Origin: a virus
DNA: 64,000 nt
Virus record (IMG/VR): IMGVR_UViG_3300037502_003888
Coordinates: 36,643 to 100,642 of that record
Strand: one strand, 5' to 3'
Of this stretch, positions 59,752 to 64,000 are shown piece after piece. The notes beneath the pieces are model-generated. The model did no database searches. It was not told the origin of the DNA and saw only the letters and a program-made list of their open reading frames with translations. Position 1 is the first letter of the stretch. The number at the start of each line of letters is the position of its first letter. The translations under genes and the position numbers were made by a program.

Positions 59752-60103
59752 CTAGTGTGTTTACGAATCTTATGCTACCACAGAGATCTCCACCGATGAT
59801 GGCGCGATCCCGGTAATCACTGCCTTTGACCATGATGTCGGGTGCGTACTCGGCGATGACATCTCGCAATCCTTGATCGCTGTCGAACACCGTGACTTGG
59901 TCCACACATCGCAAGGCTTCCAACAAGGCCTGTCGCTCGGCCTGGTTGCGTATGGGACGATCCGGACCCTTGAGCTCGCGCACACGCCGATCTGAATCTA
60001 TGGCCACGTGCAGGTGATCGCCCCAGCTCCGGGCCTGTTGCAGCAAGGTCAGATGGCCCCAGTGCAATAGGTCAAAAACTCCGTTAACGAAAATCTTGGT
60101 CAT
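59702..60103 (-). CDS. Heptose-1-phosphate nucleotidyltransferase (HldE domain II/RfaE2-like)
   Basis: NGVFDLLHWGH, SD..V..LKG..RPI, KGSDY and GHSTT. Confidence 0.88.
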   Translation of the reverse strand: MTKIFVNGVFDLLHWGHLTLLQQARSWGDHLHVAIDSDRRVRELKGPDRPIRNQAERQALLEALRCVDQVTVFDSDQGLRDVIAEYAPDIMVKGSDYRDRAIIGGDLCGSIRFVNTLDGHSTTSTIARIAAGR

Positions 60104-60110
60104 GTGTGTA

Positions 60111-60139
60111 ATTATAGCTGAGCCACATCATGTTGTCAA
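60111..60139 (-). promoter_or_regulatory. Perfect-consensus sigma70 promoter for the heptose genes
   Basis: TTGACA-N17-TATAAT, 7 nt upstream of ATG 60103, with no SD. Confidence 0.85.
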
Positions 60140-60152
60140 TATAAGTATCTTG

Positions 60153-60668
60153 ATGTATTGGACAGGTTTGATCCTCATGGATTGCTGGGGCGGCGGATGG
60201 CATCAACGCTGCGGTAAAAGCGCGGCGTTTTATCAGCGCATCATAGATTTCATCCAGGCACGCTGTATCACGGTGCACACCATCATAGATGCCTGTTATC
60301 CCATCGACGGCGCGTTTGAGCCTGATCCTGCGTTGTATGCTATCCCTAGCCATCAACGACGCAGGGATGTGTTGGACTGGGATCGTTTCTCTGATCAGGG
60401 CTTCAACCAAGGCGCATGGATCTTGGCCGGACAGAGCTGGAATCAATGCATACACCAGCGTCGATTGGGCGTGATACGCTACAGCACGCACAATCACTTA
60501 AGGTGTGAGCTCTACAGCCATCCTGATCTCATAGATCGGGTGCCACGCCAGGACGGACCCGTGACCGATCAGGATCTCGCCGCAGATACTCTTGTGCGCT
60601 GGGAACCCCGGCCCCAGGGATTCTGGCGTGTGGCACATGCCCGTTATAATCCACCACCCTGGTTGTGA
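60153..60668 (+). CDS. Hypothetical protein, possibly isochorismatase-like fold
   Basis: TAAGTA 5 nt before ATG 60153; LILMDCW and LAGQSWNQCI. Confidence 0.5.
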   Translation: MYWTGLILMDCWGGGWHQRCGKSAAFYQRIIDFIQARCITVHTIIDACYPIDGAFEPDPALYAIPSHQRRRDVLDWDRFSDQGFNQGAWILAGQSWNQCIHQRRLGVIRYSTHNHLRCELYSHPDLIDRVPRQDGPVTDQDLAADTLVRWEPRPQGFWRVAHARYNPPPWL

Positions 60669-60720
60669 TTTGTGTTGGTGCCGCATGCCTGGCACTACAT
60701 AGCAGTAGGAGGACACAATC

Positions 60721-60846
60721 ATGGCAGACCCACGCAGCAAACCCAAGCAACCTCGAGCCAAGACCGCGGCCCCACCGCCTGCAGCACCCAAAAACATGCC
60801 GCCCCCGCAGCAGCCCGTGCGCCGGCAGTCGGGGCGCGGACGCTAG
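60721..60846 (+). CDS. 41-aa basic Pro-rich peptide (not in the ORF track)
   Basis: AGGAGG RBS; MADPRSKPKQPRAKTAAPPPAAPKNMPPPQQPVRRQSGRGR; followed by a terminator. Confidence 0.65.
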   Translation: MADPRSKPKQPRAKTAAPPPAAPKNMPPPQQPVRRQSGRGR

Positions 60847-60852
60847 AAACAG

Positions 60853-60878
60853 AAAAGCCCGCTTGCGCGGGCTTTTTT
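60853..60878. terminator. Intrinsic, probably bidirectional, terminator
   Basis: AAAAGCCCGC-TTGC-GCGGGCTTTTTT between convergent genes. Confidence 0.9.
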
Positions 60879-61350
60879 ATATGGAACCGTAACGGGCGAT
60901 GCGATCAGCCGCGTAACTGGCAGCGAACGCCTCGGGTTTGACCATGGGTATGACATTGCAGGTGCCGCGTATGTAACCTATGGCCTGTTGTATCACACAG
61001 TTTGATCCGGCCATTTCACTGGGATTGATGTCTAGATGCACTTGCACGTCACGGTCCGACAGTACCGGTGCCAGTCGTTGGAACATCTCGCTCACACGGT
61101 ATACCTCATTCATGAGACGCATGCTGGGCCTGTCGGCGCGCTGGTCAAAATCCCTCTCACGCGTGATCTCCCCAAATATCTTGCAGCCATGGCGCCCATC
61201 CCTATGTACCACCACAGCCACTGTGTACTCCGCCCACCACACCCGTTGTATCTTGAATCGGATGCTGTCGGCACCGAGATAGATCCTGGTGTTGGGTCCT
61301 TGATTGCGGATAAATTCTGATACTTGATGTACGTCTATGGTCTGACTCAT
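60877..61350 (-). CDS. RNase H-like YkuK (DUF458) family protein
   Basis: IYLGADS, RLMNEV, VHLDIN, VKPEAFAASYAAD; AGGAG RBS. Confidence 0.85.
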   Translation of the reverse strand: MSQTIDVHQVSEFIRNQGPNTRIYLGADSIRFKIQRVWWAEYTVAVVVHRDGRHGCKIFGEITRERDFDQRADRPSMRLMNEVYRVSEMFQRLAPVLSDRDVQVHLDINPSEMAGSNCVIQQAIGYIRGTCNVIPMVKPEAFAASYAADRIARYGSI

Positions 61351-61366
61351 GATAGCTCCTAGATGT

Positions 61367-61441
61367 TGGCAGGTCCTGAGGGAATCGAACCCCCGTCCGG
61401 AGTTTCGAAGACTCCTATTCTATCCATTGAACTAAGGACCT
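61367..61441 (-). tRNA. tRNA-Arg(TCG)
   Basis: Cloverleaf: acceptor AGGTCCT/AGGACCT, anticodon arm GGAGT-CTTCGAA-ACTCC, T-loop TTCGATT, encoded CCA. Confidence 0.9.
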
Positions 61442-62126
61442 AAAAATTCATGGCAAATTCTGTGTCTTTGGCATTGTTGGGCATGTCCAGCTGATGTGGC
61501 AGTGTCAGTGAAGAATCATATCGCATGTTGTGTGCGCTGCTGAGGGTTATCTCGAGAAATCTCGGAACCACGTTGCCGTCGATGTTCCAGTAACCCCAGT
61601 TGTTGACATGCAGATGCACCAACTGCAACCCACACTTGCTGATAAAATTTGTGATAGTGTTGTAATTGTCCCATTGATCTATGTCATGCACTTCCATGAC
61701 CATGCCCGTCCATGCCTGTCGGGTATCCAGCAGGTCCTGGAAGATGTCATATTCGCCGCCCTCGATGTCGCATTTGAGAAAAACATTGCTGCGACCGGCC
61801 AAGATCTCGGCCACGGTCACCGTGGTATCACTGCTGACGTTAGAGACCTTGAGTAAATCCAGTCGATTGGGATCAGTGAAAAATTCTCGTCGCTCGGCAC
61901 AGTCAGTGTTGACGTCAGGGTCATAGGCCTGTACCGGACAGCCCACCTGCTGACAAAATTGTTGTTCAAAGCGCCAATCGTTGCCAACACCCATGCTGAC
62001 CAGTAATTGGGTCCTGCTGAGATCGGCCTGATTCACTAGATATCCGCCGTCATTGTCGTTGCCTAGGCGCACTAGATCATCGCACCTCATGGGTTGAAAT
62101 ATTTTGGGTAAACGTATGTTGAACAT
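61440..62126 (-). CDS. FkbM/Methyltransf_21-like SAM-dependent methyltransferase
   Basis: RLGNDNDGGY, SMGVG.DW.FE, LKCDIEGGEY, EVH and HVNN; start reassigned to ATG 62126. Confidence 0.75.
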   Translation of the reverse strand: MFNIRLPKIFQPMRCDDLVRLGNDNDGGYLVNQADLSRTQLLVSMGVGNDWRFEQQFCQQVGCPVQAYDPDVNTDCAERREFFTDPNRLDLLKVSNVSSDTTVTVAEILAGRSNVFLKCDIEGGEYDIFQDLLDTRQAWTGMVMEVHDIDQWDNYNTITNFISKCGLQLVHLHVNNWGYWNIDGNVVPRFLEITLSSAHNMRYDSSLTLPHQLDMPNNAKDTEFAMNF

Positions 62127-62145
62127 GTATGTCTTTCCTATGGGA

Positions 62146-62964
62146 TCACTGATCTCGCAATGATTGTAGACAATCGATCCAGGCTCGATGATAACACACC
62201 ACGCTGTCGGGGTCAAAGTCGTCTAGACCCAACGATTCATACAGTTGGGCGATATTGTGCGCTGTGGCATCACTGTCACGGAACCAACTGCAATTCCAAG
62301 TCAGACGCTGCTGTTGAAGATACTGCATCACATGTTCCTGGCTCTGCACTGTTCTATGTATCCAGCTTTGGTGCACGTCGCGATCTTCGCGCAGCAGCCA
62401 GTCTGGCAAGGCGAGATACTGTTGCATGTTTTGCGGTGGTGATTCGGGCCAGTCTGCGCCGCGCAGCCTGTTCCATGCTCGTTGCAAAGGTGTGTGTTCT
62501 CGCACTGTGTCCTGCGGTTGGCCTGGTCTGATCCATGCCACAAAATCTTCGGTGTCTTGGAATTGTATCACCCTGGCCTGGCGCCAGATATCAATCAATC
62601 CCTGCAACACTGCCAGGCTGTGTGCCACGCTGAAGAACAACAGAACACCGTGGCTGAGTTCATACATCACTGGGTGGAATCTCGCAGGTTCACTGAAATA
62701 CTGTGTGGTACGATAGAGTTGCACATCACCTAGATCGAGATCAGTCCAGCGCCGGGTTTGATGTTGGCATCGATCCAGGCGACGCAGCAACAATCGTAGT
62801 TTGAACTCGGGATCGATGCGCCCGGCCAGTTGCTGTTGGGCCAGCCAGCTGTGTTGCATCACTGCACCACGGCTCAGGGCCAAGCAATTGATCAGGAATT
62901 TTCCACCGGCTCCGGGTGGATAATAGGCGATCACAGCACTGCGGGTGTCGTGATTGATGGTCAC
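62146..62964 (-). CDS. Hypothetical protein with an N-terminal P-loop/sulfotransferase-like glycine loop
   Basis: GTG start overlapping the upstream TAG; YYPPGAGGKFLINCL; internal W..LRGADWP motif. Confidence 0.5.
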   Translation of the reverse strand: MTINHDTRSAVIAYYPPGAGGKFLINCLALSRGAVMQHSWLAQQQLAGRIDPEFKLRLLLRRLDRCQHQTRRWTDLDLGDVQLYRTTQYFSEPARFHPVMYELSHGVLLFFSVAHSLAVLQGLIDIWRQARVIQFQDTEDFVAWIRPGQPQDTVREHTPLQRAWNRLRGADWPESPPQNMQQYLALPDWLLREDRDVHQSWIHRTVQSQEHVMQYLQQQRLTWNCSWFRDSDATAHNIAQLYESLGLDDFDPDSVVCYHRAWIDCLQSLRDQ

Positions 62965-63749
62965 TAAAAGCCCAGGTACTTCCTTCGCACAAAATCCAAC
63001 CGCCAGCGCCAATGGCCGGGGTCTGAGTTTGTTTGATTCCAGGGATTGGTCCATGGATTGACCCATCGCCAGTCATTGCCCCACTTGTTGGTCATGTACT
63101 CGTATTCATTGATAACACGTCCGGCATCGATGCGCTCTTTAAGCCCAGGCTCAGTGCGCCAGGTCTGGCTGCCGTTTGATCCATAGTCGTCGTTGGCTCC
63201 AGGCCCGTGTTGGTATGCGCGATCCATGATCACGCGGTTGATGGGACGATGCGCTAGACGCATCACATAGTCTAGATCTTCGGCATAGGCTGGGTAGAAG
63301 TTTTCATCAAACAATCCATAATCTCGGATGATCCAGTCGCGTATAGAAAACAGGCTCCAGCTGCCTATGCCGTGATCACCACCGCTGCCATGCACCATGC
63401 CCACAGCTGGATCCTCCGCGTGTGTGGCCATGTCCTGTAGGAATCCTGGGTAGAACGCTATGTCATGTCCGCAGATGATCCAATACGGTGACATCATGCT
63501 GCTCTTGATTATGAGGTTCCATGCACCAGCACATCCTATGTTGGCCGGCATGTGTACCACATGGAACTGCTGTATGTGTTCATGTCCAGCGCGTTGCAGT
63601 GCATCAAGTTCGGCAGTGATCTCGCCGCGACCGTTGTTGTTGATCAAGATGTATCGTTCAACGGGATAGTCTATGCTGGCTATCTGGCGTTGTATCCAAT
63701 GCACGCCGTTGACGATGGCAGATCCCATGACAGGTATTGCAGTGCTCAT
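62964..63749 (-). CDS. GT2-family glycosyltransferase
   Basis: LINNNG, NIGCAGAWN, GHDI and GLFDENFYPAYAEDLDY. Confidence 0.85.
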   Translation of the reverse strand: MSTAIPVMGSAIVNGVHWIQRQIASIDYPVERYILINNNGRGEITAELDALQRAGHEHIQQFHVVHMPANIGCAGAWNLIIKSSMMSPYWIICGHDIAFYPGFLQDMATHAEDPAVGMVHGSGGDHGIGSWSLFSIRDWIIRDYGLFDENFYPAYAEDLDYVMRLAHRPINRVIMDRAYQHGPGANDDYGSNGSQTWRTEPGLKERIDAGRVINEYEYMTNKWGNDWRWVNPWTNPWNQTNSDPGHWRWRLDFVRRKYLGF

Positions 63750-63763
63750 AGGCAATACTTAGT

Positions 63764-63856
63764 TGGCGGAAGAGGTGAGACTCGAACTCACACACCCATC
63801 TCTGGGCCTTCGGTTTTCAAGACCGCTGCCGCTATGCCGATTCGGCTAACTCTTCC
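63764..63856 (-). tRNA. tRNA-Ser(TGA)
   Basis: Acceptor GGAAGAG/CTCTTCC, loop CTTGAAA, long variable arm, G discriminator, CCA. Confidence 0.9.
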
Positions 63857-63860
63857 TGAT

Positions 63861-63938
63861 TGGTACCCCTGGTGAGATTCGAACTCACAGTGCTTCTCCT
63901 TTTGAGAGAGACGGCTTTGCCAATTTGCCCACAGGGGT
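63861..63938 (-). tRNA. tRNA-Leu(CAA) with short variable region
   Basis: Acceptor ACCCCTG/CAGGGGT, anticodon arm TCTCT-CTCAAAA-GGAGA, T-loop TTCGAAT, ACCA end. Confidence 0.85.
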
Positions 63939-63944
63939 GAGAGG

Positions 63945-64000
63945 TGGTGCGGCAGGTGGGACTCGAACCCACAGGTCTCGGGATTTTAAGTCCGGGGCGT
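63945..64000 (-). tRNA. tRNA-Leu(TAA), 5' part outside the window
   Basis: Loop CTTAAAA, T-arm GTGGG-TTCGAGT-CCCAC, ACCA end. Confidence 0.8.

Noticed and set aside
34581-63749. Bacterial LPS/capsule locus or host contamination
   Set aside because: The genes are interleaved with phage genes and late promoters, and no flippase, polymerase or export genes are present.
1-64000. Stop-codon reassignment as seen in some large phages
   Set aside because: Genes are intact and tightly packed under the standard code, TAA, TAG and TGA all end genes, and no suppressor tRNA is seen.

Overview
This window is part of a large T4-superfamily-like myovirus (jumbo-type phage) genome, not a cellular chromosome. 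From left to right it holds: (i) a minus-strand gp55-like late sigma factor and a gp47/Mre11-like nuclease followed by a split glycosyltransferase-like gene; (ii) a ~31 kb plus-strand baseplate/tail module with gp53-, gp5/VgrG-, gp25- and gp6-like genes, a 4910-aa giant structural protein and two fibre genes; (iii) an ~18 kb enzyme island directly after the fibres, with three GT-A glycosyltransferase-like genes, five tandem N-terminal-Twitch radical SAM genes, a 33-aa peptide, a NodU/CmcH carbamoyltransferase, a GT10-like gene, a 1143-aa repeat/pseudo-GT protein and a DegT aminotransferase; (iv) a mostly minus-strand region with thyX, a MoxR/vWA pair, heptose kinase and nucleotidyltransferase, a cupin, a YkuK-like RNase H, an FkbM-like methyltransferase, a GT2 and four tRNAs. 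The best candidate for an undescribed system is the phage-encoded glycan synthesis and tailoring pathway, with virion glycosylation as the leading hypothesis. Regulatory signals are readable directly: sigma70-type early promoters, TAA(A/G)TA late promoters often 4-7 nt from the ATG (leaderless mRNAs), and a hairpin that hides a start codon with a late promoter in its loop. All assignments come from motif recognition by eye; no searches were run.
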